NCBI RefSeq assembly: GCF_001194135.2
Contig: NC_068982.1
Coordinates: 990,618 to 1,052,286, forward strand
From: Octopus bimaculoides
Lineage: Eukaryota
Length of the DNA stretch: 61,669 nucleotides
Direction: 5' to 3'
Of the stretch, positions 1 through 12,874 are shown one piece after another. A program made the position numbers and the translations under genes. The notes under the pieces were generated by a model. The model was not told where the DNA came from. It saw nothing but the letters and a program-made list of their open reading frames with translations, and ran no database searches. How positions within the stretch are numbered: position 1 is the stretch's first letter; each line of letters begins with the position of its first letter.

Positions 1-175
1 CACACACACACACACACGTACACCTATTACATACATGTTTTATGTACGCATACAAGTTCGTGTGCGTGTGTGTGTCACTGAAGCCATTCACACATACGTA
101 CATAACAACTCCTCTCTCGCTTTTTGTCTGTCAATCACTCACTAAAAAATGGAAATTAAAAAAATCTGTTATCTA

Positions 176-218
<43 letters not shown>

Positions 219-492
219 ACACACACTAACAAAACAACTTCTCATACACACTATACTTTCTGTGTTGCATACCCCATGTGTGTGTGTGTGCATGTTTGGA
301 GTGTGCAACAGAGAAAGTGTAGTGTGTATGAGAAGTTGTTTTGTTAGTGTGTGTGAAAAGAGAGCGAGAGCGATAACAGGTTTTTTTATTTCGTTTTTTT
401 TCAGTGAGTGATTGGCAGACAAAGAGGGAGAGAGAGGGGGGTTGTTTATGTACACATTTATGTGTAAATGGCTTCAGACAGACAGACAGACA

Positions 493-524
<32 letters not shown>

Positions 525-588
525 GAACATGTATGCGTACAAAAGACATGTATGCAATAGGTGTATGTACGTACGTGTGTGTGTGTGT
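1..588. repeat. Long inverted repeat (fold-back), arms about 270-290 bp, short central spacer
   Basis: 1-272 is the diverged reverse complement of about 300-588, e.g. CACACACTAACAAAACAACTTCTCATACACACTA vs TAGTGTGTATGAGAAGTTGTTTTGTTAGTGTGTG, and ACACCTATTACATACATG vs CATGTATGCAATAGGTGT. Confidence 0.85.
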
Positions 589-1797
589 TACCCGTATATC
601 AAGAAAACACTTTTTTCCTCGATAGAAAAAAAAAAGTCGCTAGAAGGGGACTTAACTCATGTTTGCAAACAATGGTGCATTTCTCCGACTTGAAAATTGT
701 TAGAAGTTATGGTTTCAAATTATTTTTACCGCTATTCGCTGGTGCCTCTGGGGAAAATAAGTTGGCGAAAATACAGCTAGGGTCATGACGAACGTCCTCC
801 TAAAATTGGAGCGACATGCATGCTAATTTGTGGACGTGCATACATTACATTCACATTCTGCCTTTGATATATATATATATATNNNNNNNNNNNNNNNNNN
901 NNNNNNNNNNNNNNNNNNNNNNNNNNNNNNNNNNNNNNNNNNNNNNNNNNNNNNNNNNNNNNNNNNNNNNNNNNNNNNNNNNNNNNNNNNNNNNNNNNNN
1001 NNNNNNNNNNNNNNNNNNNNNNNNNNNNNNNNNNNNNNNNNNNNNNNNNNNNNNNNNNNNNNNNNNNNNNNNNNNNNNNNNNNNNNNNNNNNNNNNNNNN
1101 NNNNNNNNNNNNNNNNNNNNNNNNNNNNNNNNNNNNNNNNNNNNNNNNNNNNNNNNNNNNNNNNNNNNNNNNNNNNNNNNNNNNNNNNNNNNNNNNNNNN
1201 NNNNNNNNNNNNNNNNNNNNNNNNNNNNNNNNNNNNNNNNNNNNNNNNNNNNNNNNNNNNNNNNNNNNNNNNNNNNNNNNNNNNNNNNNNNNNNNNNNNN
1301 NNNNNNNNNNNNNNNNNNNNNNNNNNNNNNNNNNNNNNNNNNNNNNNNNNNNNNNNNNNNNNNNNNNNNNNNNNNNNNNNNNNNNNNNNNNNNNNNNNNN
1401 NNNNNNNNNNNNNNNNNNNNNNNNNNNNNNNNNNNNNNNNNNNNNNNNNNNNNNNNNNNNNNNNNNNNNNNNNNNNNNNNNNNNNNNNNNNNNNNNNNNN
1501 NNNNNNNNNNNNNNNNNNNNNNNNNNNNNNNNNNNNNNNNNNNNNNNNNNNNNNNNNNNNNNNNNNNNNNNNNNNNNNNNNNNNNNNNNNNNNNNNNNNN
1601 NNNNNNNNNNNNNNNNNNNNNNNNNNNNNNNNNNNNNNNNNNNNNNNNNNNNNNNNNNNNNNNNNNNNNNNNNNNNNNNNNNNNNNNNNNNNNNNNNNNN
1701 NNNNNNNNNNNNNNNNNNNNNNNNNNNNNNNNNNNNNNNNNNNNNNNNNNNNNNNNNNNNNNNNNNNNNNNNNNNNNNNNNNNNNNNNNNNNNNNNN

Positions 1798-1839
<42 letters not shown>

Positions 1840-2489
1840 ATAAGAGAATCAGCGTGGCACAAACATACATACATATAAGAATCGGTGTGAAATGGAAGGT
1901 ATGTTAACACTCACTTGTCACTTTCTGTCAGAAATGCGGCGAGTCGGTGATTTGCTATTGAGATCAACTATTTATTCTCTTTTAAAATAGATAAATAAAT
2001 AAACGGGTAATAAATAGATAAATAACAGTTTAAAATGTTGGTACAAGTCCAGCAATTTGGAAGAAGAGGTCAACTCTGTTATATCGACCGCAGTGTTCAA
2101 CTGGTACTAATTTTATATTGGAATACGATGATTACTTAATGTATTTTATATACACACTTTATGCACAATTTTATACGTTATGCACAATTTTATATACTTA
2201 ATACACAGCACTCATAAAATAAATATTCATACTTATTTTCCCATATTTCCCCATAAACAAAAAAATTATATCCCATACATATGATACAACCTTTAGTTAA
2301 ATTGCATATATCTGCCACGTAAATAAGCGTGAACGTTTCACGGAATTGCATCTATGCGCATGCGTTAAGTGATGGGTGCTATAAAAAATTTAGTTTAATT
2401 AAAAAATAATACACTTTTAACTATCTATTCACCTTAGCTTAGCTGCATATATACATATACACACACATACATACATACATATACATATG

Positions 2490-2562
<73 letters not shown>

Positions 2563-3177
2563 GTATATATATATATAAATAGAGAGAGGGGGAGAAAGAG
2601 AGAGAGAGAAGTAGATAGATACATAGATTGATACATAGACAAATAAAAAAAATGTCAAATATCTGTAATGCTTTATTGATAAATTGTTTTTCCTTTTCTT
2701 TTTAGGTGAGTAAAATTCTGTTATATATTCCAAACAAGAAATAATGCTTATGTTATTAAATACAAGGTACGTGCAATTTTTTTCTGAATATGAGTTTATA
2801 TGATTACTGTTTAGAGTTTTCTAATATGAAATATTAGAATCACTCACTTAATTCATTGACACATTATTTAGTGAATATAATTTATGAAAATGTTTGATCA
2901 ATGTTTCCTGTGTTATATTTAATAGAGCTATGTGAATAAAATAACCATGAAATGTATAATAAAATGAATGCAACACTAGCTGCTTATTTAAAAAAGAAAG
3001 CAGAATAATTGACGCTCGACCGATTGACATTTCTAACTGATAGTAAGAATGCCTTGCTGGCGCCAATACACACCTACACCTACACCCACACATAGAAATA
3101 TTCATGACGTCATAAGAGTTTATATACTTTCAAGAGTTTATTGCTTTACATGTACTTCAAGATTTCATTCCAAAAAG

Positions 3178-3211
<34 letters not shown>

Positions 3212-3649
3212 CTGCCTTTTAAATTTGTTTATCGCAAAGTTTTGAATTAGCAAATAAAGCTCCTATTCCATTATGCCAGCCATCGTCTAATGATGCTGAC
3301 TCGTGAGCCAGTTTTTCCGAGATAGCATCGAGTTATACCGATATGATGTAAGATAATAATAACTTTTAATATTTACGAATTCAAAACATTGTGTTCGAAA
3401 ATGTCGAAACAACCGCAAAGAAAATTTGTCAAAATCCTACAACAAAGAAACTTTATATCCAGTTTATGACTTAATTTTCCAATTTCACTGCAAGGGGACC
3501 GATTCAATAACTAGAACAAAAAGTTAGTCAACTTTCTCAGTTTGGTAAATGGTGTAACGAAAACTCATTATTTTTCTGAAATGCTCTCTACAAAATTCAA
3601 ACAGGAAGATGATTGATACGTAGACTAAATATCCAAAGAACGTTAATCT

Positions 3650-3745
3650 GGTGCCCCACCTCGGCGCCAACTCACACACCAATTAGGAGACCTTAATGAC
3701 TTAAATATGAAATTGGCGCGCGACTTGGCGCAGATGTAGGGCCCC
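3650..3745. repeat. Imperfect GC-rich inverted repeat (35-bp arms, 26-nt spacer)
   Basis: 3650-3684 vs the reverse complement of 3711-3745 match at 27 of 35 positions by manual alignment. Confidence 0.7.
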
Positions 3746-5304
3746 ACTACCCAGTCTAGTGCACCGACTGCAAATTCCGCAGAAGTTCAAATGTTTACAT
3801 AATTATTTCGTATCGATAAAGGAAATAAGCAAGATTTGATGGGTACAGCACCATACACATTATAGAATATAATTCCATGAAAAATGTTGTCCCTCCAAAA
3901 CAATCGATTTTCGTGAATATGTTGATGCCTTGTTCTATGCAAATAAAACTGTTATAAAACTTTAATTTGATTTTCGTAGGGTCTTTCCTGAAAAAGTTGT
4001 CTCAATAAAATCTTGATGCACCAGAATTAATCTGAAAAATGACCTTTTAGTTGTGATGGATTTCTGGTTGTAGAATCTTAAATACGCAACTACAAGCAAA
4101 ATTAATGACGATATAAAACTGTAATGCAGGATGCATTAAATTTGAAAGCTGCTATTTGATTCGCCATGCTCTGGGTTTTTCTGCTGGTATTTAAATATCT
4201 TTAGAGTTTAATAACAATTATAATAACAAATCTTATTTTGAGGGGAAATGAAATATGAGTGTGAAAAAATAATATTTCGTTGGTGACAAAGAAGCGCATT
4301 GACAACCTTTTACAACTTTCATATTCTATTGTCATTTCATATGAACGAGGCTTTTTATAGTTCTGTTGGTTTGGGAAACATATCTATTCACATTTAAATT
4401 CTGCGTATTTTCTTTTAGATTTTAAATATCTGCAGAGGACATATGCGTCTACTATTTATTTGGATTAATCATATTTGATACAAGGGGTCCTACTCTTTTT
4501 CTCTTTCATATGCGCCACTTTCCCCTCGGTTTATCAGTTTCATTCATATTGCTTAGTTTGGTAAATTATCACCTCCTTTCTTTCTGTTTTACATTTTTTA
4601 TCGTATTTACCCCCGTCAACTGATTAAAATATGTTTCGCTGAGATTTACAGAAGGCAGAGTATATCAGCTGCTCTTAAAAATGGGTTGCATATGCCAGAT
4701 CCACTCCAGTCTGCATTGTCGGAATTGCCCAAAGGTTTCGAACAACTCACTCTGTCTGAGTTGTCTCTTTTGCCTTTTATTTGCAGATATCAGATTACCC
4801 CAAACAGCTTTTTGTGTATTAATTGCTTCAATAATCGCAGAGGGTTTGAATTTTTCAACTCTTTGTATTTCACATCTGAACACTTCCTGCAGTTTTTTTT
4901 TATGGAGAAAGCTCACCTGCAACATGGATAGATTTTATGCTTAATTACTCAAATGAAGAGGATTATTTTCCAGACCCTCTAAAACTGGTGAAATCGATGC
5001 TGACCTATGGAAGAAAAAGGAAGTCGGTGGATCATTTGGTCACTGTCTTAGCCTGTGAAAGATATGTGAGATGAAATGCCAAAATGTGACGAGAGAAATT
5101 CAAACTGACGCGTTGTGTAGGCCTTAAAGGAAGGAGTCATAATTTCATTGGAATAGAGAATATGGCATGTTTTCTGGTTCAAAAGAAATTCTGTCTATAT
5201 ATATATTGTATATTCGTGTGTTTTTGTTATATATTTAAATGTGCAACAAATGACACGAAAACCTGCTTTGGTAGGTATTCTACACTCGAAACGACATGAG
5301 CCTA

Positions 5305-5507
5305 TTATTCATTTCTACTCAAGGCACAAGATTTTCGGGGAAGGGGCCAGTCGATTAGATCGACCCCAGTACGCAACTGGTACTTAATTTGTCGACCCCG
5401 AAAGGATGAAAGGGTAAAGTCGACCTCAGCGGAATTTGAACTCAGAATGTATAGACAGACGAAATACTGCTAAGCACTTCGCCCGGCGTGCTAACGTTTC
5501 TGCCAGC
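5305..5507 (-). mobile_element. tRNA-derived SINE, family A
   Basis: The minus strand reads GCTGGCAGAAACGTTAGCACGCCGGGC...GAGTTCAAATTCCGC (A/B-box-like), followed by a GTCGAC/CATCCTTTCGGGGTCGA body shared with many copies in the window. Confidence 0.85.
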
Positions 5508-5828
5508 CTATTGTGTTAAATTCTATCTAAAAGAGTAACCTTGAAAAGAAATAAGAATTTCAATTGATAAGGATATACTGACTTATATTTTATTACAACG
5601 AATTACACATTTTTTTCTTTTTGTTTTTAAATGTCGGTAACTTTATACACACAATTACTCCGTCGTTAAATTTCTCTTACGGTCATTTGAAGCTTGTTGT
5701 TTTTTATGTAGGGATTAAAGAATTTTGTGATGTACAGCGCGCAAAGACGGGGAAAAGAGTATTTAGTGCTTTATTAAAAGTGGAATATCACTATATAATT
5801 TGCGTTTGTAATATTAGTAAGCTTTGAA

Positions 5829-5880
5829 GGCGGCGGCGGCGAGCCGGCAGAATCGTTCGTATGCCGGGTAAAATGCTTAG
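5829..5880 (+). mobile_element. SINE family A, 5' fragment
   Basis: GGCGGCGAGCCGGCAGAATCGTT...GCCGGGTAAAATGCTTAG matches the family A head. Confidence 0.7.
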
Positions 5881-6326
5881 GCCCTTCCGCCAAACTTGCA
5901 AGCCTTGTACCAAAATGTTTGCTTGATATAAAAACCATTCCAAAAGCGAGTTCGTTACTGAGACTAAACAGGAGTGATTTTCATATTTAAAGATTTAAAT
6001 AAATTAGGTTTAAGTATGGAATGAATATGAAAGGTAACAAGAGGCAAGTGTTCGTATCAATTTACAGACATTTCATATCAGAAAGCGATTAATGGTGGTT
6101 AAAAATATTGCTGCCATGTCATTTGTTTTTCGGTGGTAAGCAGTGTTGAAAATTTGTAAACAAGGCATTTCCCTGATTAAATGAAAGACTAAGGTCAATC
6201 TGTAGCCCTTTATTTGTTAAAATAGTGATCCAAGCAGTTACGGAAAACTGGGGTTGATTAAGGCTTCAGTTGCTATAACGACCAAAACCTCGAAAGAAAG
6301 GGTTTACATGAATGCATAGTTTTTAT

Positions 6327-6505
6327 CTTTTACTCGTTTCAGTCATTAGGCTGTGGCCATGCTGGGGCATCACCTTGAAAATGTTTCTCGCATCGACCGT
6401 AGTATTATATTGTTTTATAGACTGGTACTTATTCTATAGGTGGCTTTTGCCGAACCGCTAAGTCACGGGGACGTAGACACACCAACACCTGTTATCAGGC
6501 GGTGG
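6327..6505 (-). mobile_element. SINE family B, 3' half
   Basis: TTTCAGTCATTAGGCTGTGGCCATGCTGGGG and GCCGAACCGCTAAGTCACGGGGACGT are shared with other family B copies. Confidence 0.8.
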
Positions 6506-7820
6506 CTAGCACACACATACACACACACACGCACACACTCACACACACTATTTGGCAGACACAGAGTGTGTGTTGATAAGCCTTTCCATGAACCATGGGA
6601 GTGGGGGTGTACCACACCACCCTCCCCTTTGCCCTACAAATTGCACGCATTAACGTTCCGCATGCTATACGCACACTCAAGCACACTACTCCGAACCGAA
6701 GTATCAACACACACTCACACACACACACACGCACACACACACACACACACACACACCCACACGCGTTTCAATAATCTATTCATGTAACCTGAACTGACCA
6801 ATCGCAGCAACCCCTCAGATTTCCCAGATGTTATCTTTCAATGCACCTGATGATGAAGTCTGATGATGCATTCGTTCATCAGCGAAAATAAAAGTTTTGA
6901 ATAATGTTGCACAGAGCGAATCCGTTATTAAATATTTACAACTATTTCGAGGAGTAAATATTTAATATTTACAACTCCTACAAAATGTGTTGATTGCCAC
7001 TTTCTTTTGGCTGTCTAACCGTAATTAAGTATGTATACATGCATGCAGGCATACACATATATACATTTATTACACATACATATATACATACATCCACGCA
7101 TAACGCCACACCAATGCACACATACAAATATTTCACTCACAGAATTTGGTGAATAATATTCTTATGATCGCAACCATTTCTACGCCCTCTAGCTAATCAA
7201 ATTCATGTTCAGATTAAAAGCGGTTCAGTTCATTAAAAACTCCACTACATTTTGAGATGTGATAATAGAAAATTGGATGGGTACCAAAATATAAATGTTA
7301 AAATAGGGGAAATCATAGATGAAACTCCGTAAATAAAAATGCTTTTGTGGGAGGAAATCTAATTATGTTTATCTCGTCAAAATTAGTGCAAAAGGAAAAA
7401 AGTCTTATGGGGTAAAAGTAGTGAAATCGGAGAGTTAGTAAAGCCTGATATGATCTTTCAATCATCATGGCTTTTGTATTTTAAAAGACAATTATAACGA
7501 AGCTCTTGCAGTAGATCTGAACGAGATATATCTACTACTGAAAATCCGTCAAAACTGGTACAGAGGTAAAAATATTCTGGAGTATAGAATGCTCAAATTT
7601 GAAAAGGGAAAAACTAGAGTACTATGTATGTATGTATGTATGTATGTATGTATGTATGTATGTATGTATGTTATCAATCAGTTTCATTTCTGTATTTCTT
7701 GTCCATAGAGAAATAGCCGGACTCTAACATAGATTCAAGGCTCCTTCATTGGAACTTTTATCAACATCATCTAGGTATTTGTGCATATGTGTGTGTGTGC
7801 AGTATTTGGTGTTAGTGTAT

Positions 7821-8452
7821 GCGCAGATTTGTATGTTTGTTTTATGGATGCGTTTTTATGTCTAGATGCATGCATATGTATTTATGTGCTAAATTTTTGG
7901 AAAGTTTTACATATCTTTACAGTTCCATTGATGGCTTGAATCTGTAGTCTTNNNNNNNNNNNNNNNNNNNNNNNNNNNNNNNNNNNNNNNNNNNNNNNNN
8001 NNNNNNNNNNNNNNNNNNNNNNNNNNNNNNNNNNNNNNNNNNNNNNNNNNNNNNNNNNNNNNNNNNNNNNNNNNNNNNNNNNNNNNNNNNNNNNNNNNNN
8101 NNNNNNNNNNNNNNNNNNNNNNNNNNNNNNNNNNNNNNNNNNNNNNNNNNNNNNNNNNNNNNNNNNNNNNNNNNNNNNNNNNNNNNNNNNNNNNNNNNNN
8201 NNNNNNNNNNNNNNNNNNNNNNNNNNNNNNNNNNNNNNNNNNNNNNNNNNNNNNNNNNNNNNNNNNNNNNNNTATGTATGTATGTATGTATGTATGTATG
8301 TATGTATACGTGCAGATTTGTATCTTTTGTTTTATACAAATCTTCTCATGCACATAGTTACATATCTAGACATGCTCATATATATTTAAATGATAAACTT
8401 CTGGAAAGTTTTACAGACTTTTACAGTTCCAGTGATGGATTGGATCTGTAGT
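7821..8452 (+). repeat. Diverged direct duplication of about 130-140 bp on either side of an N-gap
   Basis: 7821-7951 and 8310-8452 share GCAGATTTGTAT...GGAAAGTTTTACA...TTTACAGTTCCA.TGATGG.TTG.ATCTGTAGT. Confidence 0.75.
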
Positions 8453-8639
8453 TTTCAAATTAGCTTTCTCTTTTCTGGTTTTGAGAAGCCTAATTTCTCA
8501 AGATTGGTATTTAAGCAGTCTGTTACATATCCCAGGGCCCCCAATGTTTACAAGTATAAACCTGAACTTGTAAGCTGGATAAAGTAACTGCAGAATTCTC
8601 AATAGTTTAGCGTAGGCATTCTCTTTTTCACTGATCTTC

Positions 8640-9631
8640 AGCTTTATGTTAACAACCGCTGAGCATAAAAAGCATTGTAAACGCTCTGAAATCATAAGGA
8701 AACCTGGATTTATCCAGCAAGTTCAACAGACCATATATTACAATTCCAGAAAGTCCATGAGGTCAATTGCAAAAGATCTCCATGTTTCAGAAGGAACAGT
8801 CAGAAATTTTGTCCACGAAGACATTAGATATACGTCTTATATGATGAGGAAATGTCAATTTGTCCGAAAAACCAAAAGAAAAAAATCACATCAGACCTAA
8901 AAGGCTTTTAAACAAACTGAAAAATCCAGCAGAAGAATATTTGGTTTAGTTTTTCTCAAACGAGAAAAACTTCGACTAAGATTAAAAAGTTACCAGAAGA
9001 AATGACAGATGGTTATGGGCAGACCCTTCTGAAGTTCCAAGTGTTAATCATACAAAATGTCCTGCAGCTGTCATCGTTTTAGGGGTTGTCAGCAATGAAG
9101 GACATTTGATGCCTCTTTACTTCTTTCCACAAGGTCTTAGAGTTAACTCTGCCGCCTACATTGAAACCCTGGAAATAATTGTTAAACTCTGGATAGACAG
9201 TGTATGCAATGGTAGGCCATATGTACTTCAGTGAGATTCTGCACTATCACACATGGCTCTAGTAACACAGGAATGGATGACTGAAAATTTCCGTGATCAC
9301 ATAAACCCTAACATTTGGCCTCCTAATTCCCTAATATTACATGTGGAGCGTTGTTGGGAGAGAGGTCAGTGAACACGCCCATAATACCAAAGAATCTATG
9401 AAAATTGCCATAGTCAGAGTAATGTCCAAAGTGAACCAGGACCACTTGATTCGAGCATGTAAATGATTTAGATCTCATATAGAAGCAGTTGTTGAAGCTG
9501 AAGGTGGCTTTATTGAATAACGTTGTGGAAAAGAAAGTTTAATGTTATCCTCATAGCATTTTTTTATAATAACTAAAGTTATTATAAACATAAATCTGTC
9601 CTCAAAAATCTTACATTTCACGCACCCTGTA
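8640..9631 (+). mobile_element. Decayed IS630-Tc1-mariner transposon, DD37D (maT)-like transposase pseudogene with right TIR
   Basis: HTH KSMRSIAKDLHVSEGTVRNFVHEDI; FSNEKNF; Q*DSALSH; WPPNS (SPDLNPLD partly deleted, spacing compatible with DD37D); C-terminus IEAVVEAEGGFIE*. Ends in CACGCACCCTG+TA, the reverse complement of a TA-CAGGGTG-type TIR. Many stops and frameshifts. Confidence 0.85.
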
Positions 9632-10020
9632 CATATATATACATATATACACACGCACATACACACAAACAACTTAATGTGGATATCTTGTTAAAACAAC
9701 GAATACTGCGTATTTAGAGTTGAGAGAATCTCTGATATAGACACATCGTACTTAGAGGCACACAGATCGTATCAGAAATGAATCATAAGTAATGGGCTCC
9801 CATAATACAAGATTCTCATTTACTACGATTTGTGTGTGTGTTTTGATGCACCAAGTGCCTACATGAGAAAACCTCTCAACGCTAATAACCCAACACTCGG
9901 TATTCTATCAAGCCACCTACGTTAAGCTGGACATAAAATATTGTCTTGAGATATCAATACTTCTGTCGCTAATAATTAATCACCATATATATATGTTTGT
10001 GTGTGTGTGTTGTATTTGTG

Positions 10021-10064
<44 letters not shown>

Positions 10065-10931
10065 CACACATACGCACACTGATACGTTGGAATCCTGTAG
10101 CGTGAAATTTATTTCTACTTCACTTCCGTTAAGACATGCATATGAATGGAAAATAAATATCACATTACGGCATTCCACATTACTTGAATGCATTTCGCTT
10201 GTAATCGTTGAATTGTAGATAAAAGTACATACACGAACGTTCCTATGTGTGTATAAGGCTATTCCCCAATATATGCATGTGTACATGTATAAGAGTTTCT
10301 TGAGCAGGTCTGTGTATCAGTTTACATCAAATTTTGCTGTAAATTGGTTGTCGACATTTAATATTGTGAAACAATTCTGTTTCCGCATTATTTAAACAGT
10401 TTATTAATTGATTTTGCGTCAACATGGTAACGCTTCTGTAATTGGGTTTGCCTTTTCAGTTTTTGTTTATTGTTGCTTCATCGAACATATGTACTTATGC
10501 ATATATGTGATCGATTGGAAAATATGGCTATAAACATTTCAACAGACACACACTCACTCATATAGATATTCAAAACCTAATCACAAACTGTATGCATTTA
10601 AATATTTATAGAGAAACAATTTCATTACGAAGCACATTTACTATCCGCTCGTCGTACGTTGTTTCCATTGGCGCTGTGCAGCCTCAGATCAGACCTCAAG
10701 AAAGCACATAAGTTATCTGTTAAACGGTTAAGGTGCAAGTCTAGTTCCGTTCACTATACTTTCCAGAATGCATTGCTAAATTATATGTTGCCTTCTTGGA
10801 ATGTTGTGCACTGTTAATCCTGTGACTCTAGATTATACCAGTCATTACAAGAAGAGCAGGTAATGAGTGTATGATATTGCCAGACTATACGGCATCAGTT
10901 ATTCTTCCGTTGCACTTAGTACAGTCGTTAA

Positions 10932-11136
10932 GGCGGTGAGGTGGCAGAGTGGTTAGCGCGTCGGGCAAAATGATTAGTAGTATTTTGTCCGTCTTTACGT
11001 TCTCAGTTCAATTTCCACCGAGGCCGAATTTACTTTCATCCCTTTAGGGGTCACTGTCGAGACCTGGGGTCGATGTAATCGACTAGTCCACTACCCCAAA
11101 ATTTTATGCCTTGTGCCTATACTCGAAAGGATTATT
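10932..11136 (+). mobile_element. SINE family A, near full length
   Basis: GGCGGTGAGGTGGCAGAGTGGTTAGCGCG head, CAGTTCAATTTCC B-box-like motif, GGGGTCGATGTAATCGACT body, ATTATTA tail. Confidence 0.85.
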
Positions 11137-11499
11137 AGTCTAGTATTTTGCCGAGTAATATAAATTTATTGCTGCTCTTGCGAGTTCTTTTGTTTTTATG
11201 CATTTCTTTTGTAGGAAATGGGTGAGATGGCATTCATATGATCTCAATGATATCTGCAATGTTGTAAATGAGTTTGTTTACTTTGAGATAATTGCGCATG
11301 CGATGGAATGGGCTAGGGGTATGTGTTCGGGGGTTGTGCCTCTCAACTATGCACCTCAAATGATCAAGTGATCCTATATTTTTGTATTATTGATATTTAT
11401 GTGTATTTGGTTTTGGTGTATTTTCTGTTATTCAACCTGTGATAATGAGTACTTAGTTGTTTTGGTTTCTTTGAAGTTTAGGTTTCAACTAGTTAGAGC

Positions 11500-12178
11500 C
11501 GAAGTCAAGATCTTTGACAAGGTTGATCATGGTATGATATGTCACAAGCTGCGAAACATTGGTATTACTGGGAAACGGAGAGAGATGCTGCATGATTTTC
11601 TGAAGGGCAGGAGTCAGACAGTTGTAGCCAATGGTGCTCACTCTGAATAGACACCAATTCTCAGCGGAGTCTCACAGGGAACTGTACTGGGGCCATTACT
11701 ATTTGAGGTGACCCTCTCAAACATTTCCTCCGCAGTACAGTCAGCCAATCTGACCAATTATGTGACGATATGAAAATATCACAAACAGTTAAGAACCCAG
11801 AGGACATCATAAAACTGCAGAAAGACCTGAACTAAACCTACAAATGGGCTAACAAAAATAACATGCAGTTCAATGCCATGAAATTCCAGGCAATCCAATA
11901 TTGGTCCAGCATCAGGCAAAAAGCGGAATACACTGGACCAGAAGATAATACTATCCCAGAGTCAGGGTCGGTGTGTGACCTGGGGGTTTACATGAGCAAT
12001 GATGCAACATTCCATGTGCATAATACCAAGATGGCAATACTGTGCCAGTGAGTGGCTGGCTGGATTCTGAGGACATTCAGAACCAGGAAACGGGAGGCCC
12101 TGCTACTCCTATGGAGGACTTTCGTTCTCAGCCGCTTGGACTACCGCTCCCAACTATGGTCCCAGAGAGTGTGAAGCC
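11500..12178 (+). mobile_element. CR1/L2-group LINE reverse transcriptase fragment (pseudogene)
   Basis: FDKVDHGMICHKL, SGVSQGTVLGPLLF, degenerate Y-x-DD box (frameshifted at 11758-11770), LQKDLN, NNMQFNAMKF and DYRSQLWS motifs; stops and frameshifts present. Confidence 0.9.
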
Positions 12179-12874
12179 CTCATGACATTCTGCTCCACAT
12201 AGCTGAAAATGATGACTAATTCTTAGTATATGATCCAACCCAAGTGCTTAGAATTGCTAATCACCTAGGAGCACGAATTGAAAAATATATGTAGCTTTTT
12301 GACATCTGCCATTTCTTTTAGAGCTTTATAATATATTTGTATTGTTCTTATAAAAAAAAATCTTTCAACTTCATTATATCGTACAAAAGAACTAATTTTA
12401 TACATCCATGATTCTGCATTTCCTTCCTTTCATCATTATATGCATGCATGTATGCATGCATGTATGGATGCATGTATGTATGTATGTATGTATGTATGTA
12501 GATAGATAGATAGATAAATAGATAGATAGATAGTTATATTTATAAATATATATATATATATATATANNNNNNNNNNNNNNNNNNNNNNNNNNNNNNNNNN
12601 NNNNNNNNNNNNNNNNNNNNNNNNNNNNNNNNNNNNNNNNNNNNNNNNNNNNNNNNNNNNNNNNNNNNNNNNNNNNNNNNNNNNNNNNNNNNNNNNNNNN
12701 NNNNNNNNNNNNNNNNNNNNNNNNNNNNNNNNNNNNNNNNNNNNNNNNNNNNNNNNNNNNNNNNNNNNNNNNNNNNNNNNNNNNNATATATATATATATA
12801 TATGTCCGAGAAAAGGAAAAATAAGGTAAAACAAAACATCCAAACATGTTAGTATTTAACTGTTTTTATTTCTA

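Noticed and set aside
42-693. ORFs of CV/HT/YI/SL/RE dipeptide repeats throughout the window
   Set aside because: Translations of (CA)n, (TA)n and (GA)n microsatellites.
783-1910. Long ORFs spanning N-runs (also near 7.9, 12.4, 15.2, 17-20.6, 35, 40.5, 43.5, 48.2 and 59.7 kb)
   Set aside because: They are open only because N codons translate as X; these are assembly gaps.
4895-4945. Minus-strand peptide HKIYPCC resembling the nicotinic receptor loop C
   Set aside because: Flanked by stops in frame, with no other receptor features; a chance match.
6841-6895. CTGATGA twice followed by GAAA
   Set aside because: No helix II closing at GAAA and no helix III or cleavage triplet; not a hammerhead.
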